Below are positions 7,985-14,830 of a stretch of DNA of 24,000 bases, in pieces (the first letter of the stretch is position 1; the number at the start of each line of letters is the position of its first letter). Under the pieces are notes generated by a model. That model saw only the letters and a list, made by a program, of their open reading frames with translations. It searched no databases and was not told the origin of the DNA. Position numbers and translations under genes: made by a program. This DNA is from Enterococcus alishanensis (GTDB taxonomy: Bacteria; Bacillota; Bacilli; Lactobacillales; Enterococcaceae): the NCBI RefSeq assembly GCF_019218635.1, contig NZ_JAHUZB010000003.1:483729-507728 (forward strand). Reading direction: 5' to 3'.

Positions 7985-8389
7985 TTAAATTTCTTCACTC
8001 CATTTAAGATACGTCACCAGTTCCACATATTGGATTTGTTCCAGCAAAATTGTTTGAAAATGATCTATCTCTTCAACCAAGTAAATGGTTTGTTGATCAA
8101 TTCCAGCGATCACACCAATTAGATCAGCTTCTGGTTGGCCCTCAGAGTTTAAAAAAGCCAATTGTAATCGAACTTTTTGCTGATCCGTATAAGCTTGATT
8201 TAATATTTTACCGATTGCTTCGTCACTCATTATTTCTCGTCGCTGCCATATTTCATGACGATCTTTTTCTTCTTTATTCATCTCAGCCGTATGCTCGCTT
8301 AGATAAAAACCGAGCCACTTCGCCATTTTACGATCATCATAATTGCGAACATAGGGGTCTGGATGATATGACATGAACGCTTCTCCCAT
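7985..8389 (-). CDS. YolD-like family protein
   Basis: The pattern 'DDRKMAKWLGFYLSEHTAEM...' followed by a beta-rich C-terminal half ('VRLQLAFL...LIGVIAGID...IYLVE') resembles the YolD-like family from memory; no search was run. Start ATG 8389 (GAGGTG 6 nt upstream); ATG 8374 is also possible. Confidence 0.55.
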   Translation of the reverse strand: MGEAFMSYHPDPYVRNYDDRKMAKWLGFYLSEHTAEMNKEEKDRHEIWQRREIMSDEAIGKILNQAYTDQQKVRLQLAFLNSEGQPEADLIGVIAGIDQQTIYLVEEIDHFQTILLEQIQYVELVTYLKWSEEI

Positions 8390-8432
8390 CTTTGTCACCT
8401 CGTTAAAAATAAATTACGAACTTACGTTCTCA

Positions 8433-9050
8433 TTATAACTTATTTTTAAAAACATCGCCAACAAAAATCACCATCGGTAAATAGTTAAAGAAAAAGCTAA
8501 CTCGTTGCCACAATCCTACCAAATGGAAAAACGGTACATTTAGTTGCGCCAAACCATAAATTGCACCAAATAAAAGACTGATAACAAAGAGTAGCTGATA
8601 TTTCCTAACTTTTTTTAGTTCTCCTTGTTTTTGATAAAGTAATATCAAAATTAATGGGAATAGAAAAAATCCTGCATAGCCGATACCCGAGCCAATATTA
8701 TGAATCCAAGTAGATAGGTTCCATGTTGCTGCTTCTTCATTAATACTAAAAAGCCCTGTAAAAATGCAGTCACCAATTCCATACAACGCAATTGACAAGG
8801 CTAACAGGCTCGCCAAACCAACCGAAGTCTTGCGAAAATAATGAAAGACAGCTGGGACTGCCAAAACAAATAAAATACCCGAAATCACTGACCAAATTAA
8901 AAAAGGAGTACGCACTGGACTACTGACATCGCCAAAAGCGCTCATTACATCTTTCATTTGATGGATATTTGGTGCAAATAATCCCAATCCATAAGGTGTC
9001 AAAAAATCACTGATCACTGCTAACAATAAAAATATCATACCTTTTCTCAC
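8433..9050 (-). CDS. Hypothetical polytopic membrane protein (DUF998-like)
   Basis: GTG start 6 nt after GGAGGG. About six hydrophobic segments. The 'MSAFGDVSSP' loop after TM1 resembles the DUF998 family, but this family call is weak. Confidence 0.55.
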   Translation of the reverse strand: MRKGMIFLLLAVISDFLTPYGLGLFAPNIHQMKDVMSAFGDVSSPVRTPFLIWSVISGILFVLAVPAVFHYFRKTSVGLASLLALSIALYGIGDCIFTGLFSINEEAATWNLSTWIHNIGSGIGYAGFFLFPLILILLYQKQGELKKVRKYQLLFVISLLFGAIYGLAQLNVPFFHLVGLWQRVSFFFNYLPMVIFVGDVFKNKL

Positions 9051-9066
9051 ACATTTCCCTCCAATT

Positions 9067-9094
9067 AAAAAAAACGAAGGTCTCCCCTTCGTTT
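9067..9094 (-). terminator. Rho-independent terminator of brnQ
   Basis: Stem aaacgaagg (9072-9080) / ccttcgttt (9086-9094) with loop tctcc. An A8 run at 9067-9074 gives a T run on the minus strand. Confidence 0.8.
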
Positions 9095-9097
9095 AAT

Positions 9098-10435
9098 TTA
9101 TTTTTTTAGCTTAACGATCAATAAACCAACAATAAAACCGACAAAGGCTGGAACAACCCAACCCATTCCCAAATTAAATAATGGTAAATATTGCTTAGCA
9201 AAGTTCAATAATGTCTGAACCCAAGATAAGTTGACGATCACACTCGGACTAGCAGCTAAACCATCTAATATCGCCGCAATTAGTGTAAAAATAGTCGTCA
9301 TTTGATAAACAATCGGACGATTTTTAAATAACGGACCGATAATTGCTAATAAAATTAAAGTCATCGCTAAGGGATAAACAAACATCAAGACTGGCAACGA
9401 AATTTCAATAATCTTTGTTAAACCAATATTGGCAAATAAACAAGGTAAAACACTAGCAAAAACAATAAAGAATTGATAACTTCTTTTTGGAAAGATTTCA
9501 ACAAAAGTTTCGGAAAAAGCCGTCACTAAACCGATTGCTGTTTTTAAACAAGCGGAAATAACAATTAATGCTAACAAAATACTACCAATTGTACCTAAAT
9601 AATGATTGGCAATTTGGGCTAGAGCAATTCCTCCATTTTCACTAATCGGAAATTTTCCCAAACTCATCGCACCTAAATAAGCTAATAAAGTATAGATAAT
9701 TCCCATTAATATCACACTAATCGTCCCTGCTTTAATTGTATCTTTGGCAATTTGGCTAGGTTTCTCAATACCCATTGAACGAATCGTGGTAACAATAATA
9801 ATTCCAAAGGCTAATGATGCCAATGCATCTAAGGTATTGTACCCTTCAATAAAACCTTTTAAAAAAGTTGCGGATTGATAATCTGGCTGTACTGGTGCCG
9901 TAGCAATCGGTCCTAATGGTCGTGTAAATCCTAAAAACAATAAAAATCCCAGTAAAATTAAAAAAATTGGATTAAGAAACTTACCAACATAATCTAAAAT
10001 TTTGGTAGGTTTTCGGGAAAAGAACCAAGTGGCCACGAAAAATAAAATACTAAAAATAGCTAACGCAATTTTTGAATGTTCTCCTGAAGTAAAAGGTGCG
10101 ATACCAATCTCAAAGGAAGTCGTTGCCAAACGGGGTAAAGCAAAAAATGGACCAATCACTAAATAAATTAAGATGGTGAAAATAATTGCATATTTGCGAT
10201 TAATACGTGAAGCTAAATCTAATAGCCCCTCACTTTGAGATGCTCCAATAGCGATAATTCCTAAAAAAGGTAGACCGATGCCAGTAACTAAGAAACCTAA
10301 ATTTGCTAAAAAAACTTTACTGCCAGCTAATTGACCCATGTTCACAGGGAAAATCAAATTCCCAGCACCAAAAAACAAACCAAATAACATTGAACCAATA
10401 AATAAATAATGCTTAAGTGATAATTTTTTCTCCAT
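9098..10435 (-). CDS. brnQ: Branched-chain amino acid transport system II carrier protein (LIVCS family)
   Basis: '[54 protein letters not shown]' is a typical BrnQ N-terminus, with about 12 TM segments. Start moved to ATG 10435 (AGGAG 7 nt upstream); the track's 41-aa extension has no homology or RBS support. Confidence 0.92.
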   Translation of the reverse strand: MEKKLSLKHYLFIGSMLFGLFFGAGNLIFPVNMGQLAGSKVFLANLGFLVTGIGLPFLGIIAIGASQSEGLLDLASRINRKYAIIFTILIYLVIGPFFALPRLATTSFEIGIAPFTSGEHSKIALAIFSILFFVATWFFSRKPTKILDYVGKFLNPIFLILLGFLLFLGFTRPLGPIATAPVQPDYQSATFLKGFIEGYNTLDALASLAFGIIIVTTIRSMGIEKPSQIAKDTIKAGTISVILMGIIYTLLAYLGAMSLGKFPISENGGIALAQIANHYLGTIGSILLALIVISACLKTAIGLVTAFSETFVEIFPKRSYQFFIVFASVLPCLFANIGLTKIIEISLPVLMFVYPLAMTLILLAIIGPLFKNRPIVYQMTTIFTLIAAILDGLAASPSVIVNLSWVQTLLNFAKQYLPLFNLGMGWVVPAFVGFIVGLLIVKLKK

Positions 10436-10457
10436 AAAATATCTCCTACTATTTGAA

Positions 10458-10472
10458 AAATATCTGAAACTA
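10458..10472 (-). promoter_or_regulatory. Weak CodY-box-like motif upstream of brnQ
   Basis: The minus strand reads TAGTTTCAGATATTT, which matches the AATTTTCWGAAAATT consensus at 11 of 15 positions. It lies about 25 nt upstream of the brnQ start. brnQ-type genes are CodY targets in several Firmicutes. Confidence 0.25.
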
Positions 10473-10527
10473 TTCTCCATTGTAGCTGAATCATCGATTT
10501 TTTTCACTTCATAAGGTAAATTTAGGC

Positions 10528-10557
10528 AAAAAAAAATGAAGGTCATAATGACCTTCA
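10528..10557 (-). terminator. Rho-independent terminator of the cold-shock gene
   Basis: Palindrome tgaaggtc-ataat-gaccttca (10537-10557). An A9 run at 10528-10536 gives a T9 run on the minus strand. Confidence 0.85.
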
Positions 10558-10571
10558 CTTAAAAGTTTAAA

Positions 10572-10772
10572 TTAAGCTTTAACAATGTTAGTTGCTTGAG
10601 GGCCACGTTGACCATCTTCAACATCGTAAGTTACTGCTTGACCTTCGTCTAAAGTTTTGAAACCGTCACCTTGGATAGCTGAAAAATGAGCGAATACGTC
10701 ATTTCCATCTTCACCAGTGATAAATCCAAAGCCTTTGTCAGGGTTAAACCATTTTACTGTACCGTTATTCAT
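10572..10772 (-). CDS. Cold-shock protein, CspA family (66 aa)
   Basis: '[34 protein letters not shown]' contains the RNP1 (KGFGFI) and RNP2 (VFAHF) motifs. Start at ATG 10772 with GGAGG upstream; the track's 8-aa extension is spurious. Confidence 0.95.
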   Translation of the reverse strand: MNNGTVKWFNPDKGFGFITGEDGNDVFAHFSAIQGDGFKTLDEGQAVTYDVEDGQRGPQATNIVKA

Positions 10773-10885
10773 ATTGTAGTACCTCCAAATACACATCTAA
10801 TGTGCTTATTTGCAATACATTGAGAAGTGTAAAAAGAAGTCGAAACTTGCTAAATTAAAAAACACATCAAAACTATTACTTTCAT

Positions 10886-10914
10886 ACCATAACACGCCTG
10901 TTATCCAATAGCAA
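10886..10914 (-). promoter_or_regulatory. Candidate promoter of the cold-shock gene (TTGCTA - 17 nt - TGtTATGGT)
   Basis: Read on the minus strand. It would give a ~110-nt 5' UTR, consistent with the long leaders usual for csp genes. Confidence 0.4.
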
Positions 10915-10997
10915 CATAATTATTATAAAAAGAGCATTTTCGCGCTATTTTATTAAGTTTCCAATAATTTTATGAAAAATTTCAAGTAATCTCAGAT

Positions 10998-11171
10998 TTA
11001 TTGACTACTTAAAAAAATTGTATACTCACAATTTTTCACTTGGGAATCAACCTTTAATTGAATTGCGCTATCAGGAATTGTCTGACTTTTTTTTGGCATC
11101 ATCAAATCCCAACCCCAAAAAAAGATTACCGTAATACCAATGATTACCAACAAACGATGGCTTTTTTTCAT
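10998..11171 (-). CDS. Unannotated 57-aa small membrane protein, third gene of the MerR cassette
   Basis: Hand translation gives MKKSHRLLVIIGITVIFFWGWDLMMPKKSQTIPDSAIQLKVDSQVKNCEYTIFLSSQ*. The ATG lies 4 nt after AGGAGGG, and that SD overlaps the merR stop codon (TAGGAGGGAATTATG). The protein has a basic N-terminus, one TM helix and a polar tail. It is below the 60-aa cutoff of the supplied track. Confidence 0.6.
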   Translation of the reverse strand: MKKSHRLLVIIGITVIFFWGWDLMMPKKSQTIPDSAIQLKVDSQVKNCEYTIFLSSQ

Positions 11172-11180
11172 AATTCCCTC

Positions 11181-11525
11181 CTATTTCCGATAAGATGCAA
11201 TAACTTGATTCAATTGCTGCATAGTGGTCATCAAATCTTGATATCGCGCAATCAAATGTTGCTGCGCTTCTTCTAATAACTCCTTTTGCCAATCATCTGT
11301 AAAAGGGCCTAAACGATATAAAAAGTTATAATCCAATAAAACTTCTAGCGGTACCTCATTCGCCAATAATTGTTTCATTAAATGAATCCATTTAATGTCC
11401 TTCGAACTATAATTTCGGCTACCATCTGGATTTCGTTTGATTGTTCCTGTCAAACCAATTCGTTCATAATGTCTTAACAGGCTAGGGCTTAATTGAGTCT
11501 CTTGTGCTGCTTCAGAAATTTTCAT
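11181..11525 (-). CDS. MerR-family transcriptional regulator (114 aa, no cysteines)
   Basis: N-terminal winged HTH 'MKISEAAQETQLSPSLLRHYERIGL...RNPDGSRNYSSKDIKWIHLMKQL' followed by a dimerisation helix. GGAGG lies 7 nt upstream of the ATG. Confidence 0.9.
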   Translation of the reverse strand: MKISEAAQETQLSPSLLRHYERIGLTGTIKRNPDGSRNYSSKDIKWIHLMKQLLANEVPLEVLLDYNFLYRLGPFTDDWQKELLEEAQQHLIARYQDLMTTMQQLNQVIASYRK

Positions 11526-11541
11526 CCCTTAGCCTCCTTTA

Positions 11542-12264
11542 TTATTCCACTTGATATCTTAACCATAACGCATCATCTGCTAACACTTTGCTTTCTATTA
11601 ATTTAAAATCAGCAAATTTCTTTCCATCAGCCTGACCTCCGATAGCATTAAAAAGTGAAGGCGTATCTGGATTTCCATCAGCAACTGGGGCTAAAACAAG
11701 ACTTAATTCATCGCAAACACCCGCTTGAATAAATGACCAATTAATTACACCACCACCACCTAACATAATGCTGTCTAATTGAAAATACGTTTGTAACTTA
11801 TCAATCGTCACTTGCGGATCAATCGTTTCTTTTCCAGCAATGATATACGGAATATCTAGTTCTCGTAAAAAAGCTTTGTATTGTTCGCTAACCCTTTCTG
11901 TTAATACTTCGATGACTGTTGCGACCGTTTCTCGATAACTAATTGTATTTTTTTCCCAACCTAATTTGCCTGAAGGATCCAAAGAGATGTAATACATTTC
12001 TGCCCCAACTTGGCTAATAAAATCACCTGCGGGGACAGGTTGATAATTTGCCGATAAAGCTGGTTCTTTATAAAAAGTAAAGTTGTCGTCTGACGTAACT
12101 CGACCAGAAAGCCAGCCTTGGTTTTTGTAATAAGGATCTTTCCCGAAGGCAATATTGTAGAATTGAAGACTAGCAGATTTGGCTTTTTCACTCTTAAAAA
12201 AATCGCCGGTAATTTTTCCATCTAATGATGTTAACATGTGGCAAAAGATAAATGGTCGTGTCAT
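11542..12264 (-). CDS. Dihydrofolate-reductase-like / RibD C-terminal domain family reductase
   Basis: 'MTRPFIFCHMLTSLDGKITG' start and the 'LGGGGVINWSFIQAGVCDELSLVLAPV' segment are typical of RibD_C family proteins. AGGAGGA lies 6 nt upstream. Confidence 0.8.
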   Translation of the reverse strand: MTRPFIFCHMLTSLDGKITGDFFKSEKAKSASLQFYNIAFGKDPYYKNQGWLSGRVTSDDNFTFYKEPALSANYQPVPAGDFISQVGAEMYYISLDPSGKLGWEKNTISYRETVATVIEVLTERVSEQYKAFLRELDIPYIIAGKETIDPQVTIDKLQTYFQLDSIMLGGGGVINWSFIQAGVCDELSLVLAPVADGNPDTPSLFNAIGGQADGKKFADFKLIESKVLADDALWLRYQVE

Positions 12265-12307
12265 GATTATTCCTCCTAAATATGATTTTTCTCATTTCTA
12301 TGTTTAG

Positions 12308-12338
12308 ATTCTACAACTTAAAGTCGACTTTAAGGCAA
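12308..12338 (-). promoter_or_regulatory. MerR-type promoter/operator: TTGCCT - 19 nt spacer containing an 18-bp perfect palindrome - TAGAAT
   Basis: The minus strand reads TTGCCTtaaagtcgactttaagttgTAGAAT. The palindrome CTTAAAGTCGACTTTAAG occupies 12317-12334. The over-long 19-nt spacer with a dyad lying largely within it is the hallmark of MerR-regulated promoters. Confidence 0.75.
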
Positions 12339-12519
12339 TCCATTAGTTTCATTCCTTAATTAAATTTTAATCAAACCGTTTTTTTGAAAATTTTTAACAA
12401 ATAAAAGAAAACGTGCTTTCTTATAGGACTTTTCTAATTTCCAAGTTTTTCTACGACTTTAGTCCTATTTTCTTTTACAAAAGTTTCGCCATACTACCTT
12501 TCAAAGGAGGTGAAAACAA

Positions 12520-12774
12520 ATGGAACAGATTTTAGCCATCGCTGTGATTGCATTTATTTTGTATTTTGCAATCCGCATGGGATCCTTGCTGTGGCGCGTT
12601 GCTGGCGTATTAATCGTCCTTTATTTAGTCGTCAACTACCATGAAGTTGCTTTAAATCAGTTGGAAAATTTTGTGGTAAATCCCGATTTCGCTGTATTGT
12701 GGGATAAAATCTCGCTCGCTGCTTCAGGGATTTGGACACAAGTGACCGGACTGTTTCAAGGGGTTAGCGCTTAG
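12520..12774 (+). CDS. Hypothetical small membrane protein (84 aa, two TM segments)
   Basis: Strong RBS aAAGGAGGTGaaaacaaATG. Hydrophobic segments 'ILAIAVIAFILYFAI' and 'VAGVLIVLYLVV' are present. No family recognised. Confidence 0.6.
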   Translation: MEQILAIAVIAFILYFAIRMGSLLWRVAGVLIVLYLVVNYHEVALNQLENFVVNPDFAVLWDKISLAASGIWTQVTGLFQGVSA

Positions 12775-12808
12775 TCACTAGGAGTAGAAAAATATTGTTA
12801 GGAATTGT

Positions 12809-12864
12809 GCCACTAAAGATAAGCTGTTGAGTATTTCGGCTGAATTTATTTTTAGTGGCTTTTT
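12809..12864 (+). terminator. Possible long-stem terminator after the 84-aa gene
   Basis: gccactaaa (12809-12817) pairs with tttagtggc (12851-12859), with further internal pairing (gataa/ttatt, gctg/cggc), followed by T5. The large interior makes this less certain. Confidence 0.45.
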
Positions 12865-12929
12865 GCTTGCCTTAATGTCCAGTTTAAGTGTTAGGCTTGT
12901 TTTAACAAATACAGAAAGAAGGATCTAAT

Positions 12930-13796
12930 ATGTTAAAAGAAACGTACACTCTTTCCAATGAAGTAAAAATTCCAAAAATTGGTTTTGGTACTTGGATGAT
13001 TCCTGACGAAAAAGCTGAAAAAGCAGTGATTGAAGCAATCGAAGTTGGTTATCGTCATATCGATACAGCCCAAGCTTATGAAAATGAAGTTGGAGTAGGC
13101 GCTGGCATTCGTCATTCTGGGATTCCTAGAGAAGAACTTTTCTTAACGACGAAATTGGCAGCAGAAATTAAAAATTATGACGGTGCAGTTGCCGCAATCG
13201 AAGAATCTTTGAACAAATTAGCTATTGGTTATATCGATTTAATGATTATCCATTCTCCTAAGCCTTGGGCAAATTTCCAAGAGGAGGCTAATCATTATTT
13301 TGATGGCAACTTGGCTGCTTGGAAGGCCTTAGAAGAAGCATATGAAGTAGGGAAAATTAAAGCAATTGGTGTTTCAAATTTTGAACAAATTGATTTAGAA
13401 AATATCATCAACAATGGAAAAATTAAACCGATGGTTGATCAAGTCTTGGCTCATATCGGTCATACACCTGTTGCATTAATCGATTTTGCTCAAAAAAATG
13501 ATATTTTGGTAGAAGCATACTCGCCCATTGCCCATGGTGAAATGATGAGTAATCCCGAAATCACGGCTTTAGCGGAAAAATATCAAGTATCAATTCCTCA
13601 ATTAGCAGTACGATACTTGTTGCAACTTGATTTATTGCCATTACCAAAAACAGAAAAAATTGCTCACATGAAAAACAATGCCGATGTTGATTTTGAAATT
13701 TCAGCTGAAGATATGGCGACTTTAAAGAATATCGGTAAAATTGATTATGGTTCTAGCACTGACATTCCTGTATTCCGTCGGGCAACTGATAAATAA
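12930..13796 (+). CDS. Aldo/keto reductase (2,5-diketo-D-gluconate reductase / YtbE-YvgN-like)
   Basis: 'GFGTW', 'GYRHIDTAQAYENE', 'LFLTTKL', 'IIHSP' and 'IGVSNF' cover the AKR catalytic Asp/Tyr/Lys/His context. Confidence 0.9.
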   Translation: MLKETYTLSNEVKIPKIGFGTWMIPDEKAEKAVIEAIEVGYRHIDTAQAYENEVGVGAGIRHSGIPREELFLTTKLAAEIKNYDGAVAAIEESLNKLAIGYIDLMIIHSPKPWANFQEEANHYFDGNLAAWKALEEAYEVGKIKAIGVSNFEQIDLENIINNGKIKPMVDQVLAHIGHTPVALIDFAQKNDILVEAYSPIAHGEMMSNPEITALAEKYQVSIPQLAVRYLLQLDLLPLPKTEKIAHMKNNADVDFEISAEDMATLKNIGKIDYGSSTDIPVFRRATDK

Positions 13797-13853
13797 TCGT
13801 TAGGTTGTCTCTCCCTTCTTTTCTTGATACTATTATAAAAAAAGGAGCGTTAG

Positions 13854-14204
13854 ATGACGAACACAAAAATATTCGAGATGTCCTTTGCGACAGTTTATCC
13901 TTTGTATGTTAAAAAAGCAGAAAGAAAAGGTCGTACTAAAACAGAAGTCGATCAAATTATTTGTTGGTTGACTGGTTTTACGCAACAACAATTAATGGCG
14001 CAACTTCAAGCTGAACATTCTTTCAGAGAGTTTTTCGCAGTAGCTCCGGAAATAAATCCAGACACGAAACTGATTAAAGGTGTGGTTTGTGGTGTGCGAG
14101 TGGAAGAAATTGAAGATCCTTTGATGCAAAAAATTCGCTATTTAGATAAATTGATTGATGAATTAGCAAAAGGCAAAACTATGGAAAAAATCTTACGAAA
14201 ATAA
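13854..14204 (+). CDS. DUF2200-like conserved hypothetical protein (116 aa)
   Basis: RBS AAGGAG 6 nt upstream. '[36 protein letters not shown]' matches my recollection of the DUF2200 family; no search was run. Confidence 0.6.
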   Translation: MTNTKIFEMSFATVYPLYVKKAERKGRTKTEVDQIICWLTGFTQQQLMAQLQAEHSFREFFAVAPEINPDTKLIKGVVCGVRVEEIEDPLMQKIRYLDKLIDELAKGKTMEKILRK

Positions 14205-14208
14205 AAAA

Positions 14209-14246
14209 ACAGCCAAGAACGATTTTTGTCGTCTCTTGGCTGTTTT
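14209..14246. terminator. Bidirectional rho-independent terminator between convergent genes
   Basis: Stem acagccaaga (14209-14218) / tcttggctgt (14234-14243) plus inner acga/tcgt pairing. T4 lies downstream and an A7 run upstream. Confidence 0.85.
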
Positions 14247-14251
14247 ACTAT

Positions 14252-14818
14252 CTAACTATTCTCTATTTTTTTTATCACCTTGCATGGTGAGCCGTAAGCT
14301 AAAACATTCTCTGGTACATCCTTTGTTACTAAACTACCAGCACCTATCACCGAATGGTCGCCAATTGTCACTCCTGGAAAAACAATTACATTGGCCCCTA
14401 ACCAAACATTCTTACCAATCGTGACTGGTAAATTATATTGAGCATTTTTTAAACGTAGCTCTGGATTTAGAGGATGAGTTCCGGCAATCAAGGTTACATT
14501 GGGACCAATCATTGTATCGTCTCCAATAATAATTTTAGTGTCATCAACTAAAGTCAAATTAAAGTTACTATAGACTCTTTCACCAATAAAAGTATTTTTT
14601 CCCCAATTAGCATGAATTGGCTGCATTAAAGTCGTATCATTTCCTACACTGCCAAAGATTTTTTGTAATAAAGCTATTTTTTCGGTTTTTTTACTAGGCA
14701 GTAATTGATTGTATTGAAAGATCCAGTCGGTATATTGAACCTGTTCTTGATAAATTTCGGCATTTTCATAGTAGATTTCGCCACTATCCATGCGCCGTTT
14801 GATTTCTGCTGTATCCAA
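14252..14818 (-). CDS. maa: Sugar O-acetyltransferase, maltose/galactoside acetyltransferase (Maa/LacA) family
   Basis: N-terminal Mac-type segment 'KRRMDSGEIYYEN' and left-handed beta-helix hexapeptide repeats '...IGPNVTLIAGTHPL...VTIGKNVWLGANVIVFPGVTIGDHSVIGAGSLV'. TTG start with AAAGGAG 7 nt upstream, directly after the stop of the LacI-type gene. Confidence 0.85.
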   Translation of the reverse strand: MDTAEIKRRMDSGEIYYENAEIYQEQVQYTDWIFQYNQLLPSKKTEKIALLQKIFGSVGNDTTLMQPIHANWGKNTFIGERVYSNFNLTLVDDTKIIIGDDTMIGPNVTLIAGTHPLNPELRLKNAQYNLPVTIGKNVWLGANVIVFPGVTIGDHSVIGAGSLVTKDVPENVLAYGSPCKVIKKIENS

Positions 14819-14830
14819 ATAAAAACTCCT

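Noticed and set aside
8050-8376. 108-aa plus-strand ORF spanning almost the whole YolD-like gene on the opposite strand (also 7557-7856, 7702-7890 and 7919-8122 opposite the GNAT gene)
   Set aside because: It has a TTG start with no ribosome-binding site, whereas the minus-strand gene has a GAGGTG SD and a recognisable family pattern. I treat it as a shadow ORF.
7519-8389. GNAT plus an upstream small protein as a GNAT-type toxin-antitoxin pair (TacT/AtaT/KacT-like)
   Set aside because: The upstream partner is not an RHH/DUF1778-type antitoxin. The GNAT carries the common 'AANWFHHKWGVP' N-terminus of housekeeping-type acetyltransferases rather than tRNA-acetylating toxin features. There is no supporting evidence in the sequence.
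10436-10558. N-terminal extensions of track ORFs (brnQ to 10558, TMEM175-like to 7607, GNAT to 7998, csp to 10796, LacI-type to 15910, GH36 to 19346, Lrp to 5406, permease from 2280)
   Set aside because: In each case an internal ATG is preceded by a good SD at 5-9 nt and corresponds to the conserved family N-terminus. The extensions lack an SD, overlap neighbouring genes or terminators, and add non-homologous residues.
10436-10571. T-box or other leader RNA upstream of brnQ
   Set aside because: Only about 135 nt are available, and most of that is taken by the csp terminator. There is no specifier-loop or T-box consensus (AAUUAGGGUGG-like) sequence.
11001-11026. Plus-strand promoter-like TTGACT ... 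TGTATACT inside the 3' end of the small-peptide ORF
   Set aside because: The spacer between the hexamers is only 14 nt, too short for sigma-A, and no plus-strand gene lies downstream. It could at most drive an antisense RNA, for which I have no evidence.
11058-11292. Track ORFs 11058-11276 (+, 72 aa) and 11071-11292 (-, 73 aa) overlapping merR and the small-peptide gene
   Set aside because: Both are in frames different from the RBS-supported genes, lack SD sequences and have odd compositions. The 57-aa ORF at 10998-11171 explains the strong AGGAGGG site instead.
12876-12929. 17-codon upstream ORF (MSSLSVRLVLTNTERRI*) ending at the aldo/keto reductase start
   Set aside because: It has no Shine-Dalgarno site and no attenuator-like alternative structures, so it is probably fortuitous.
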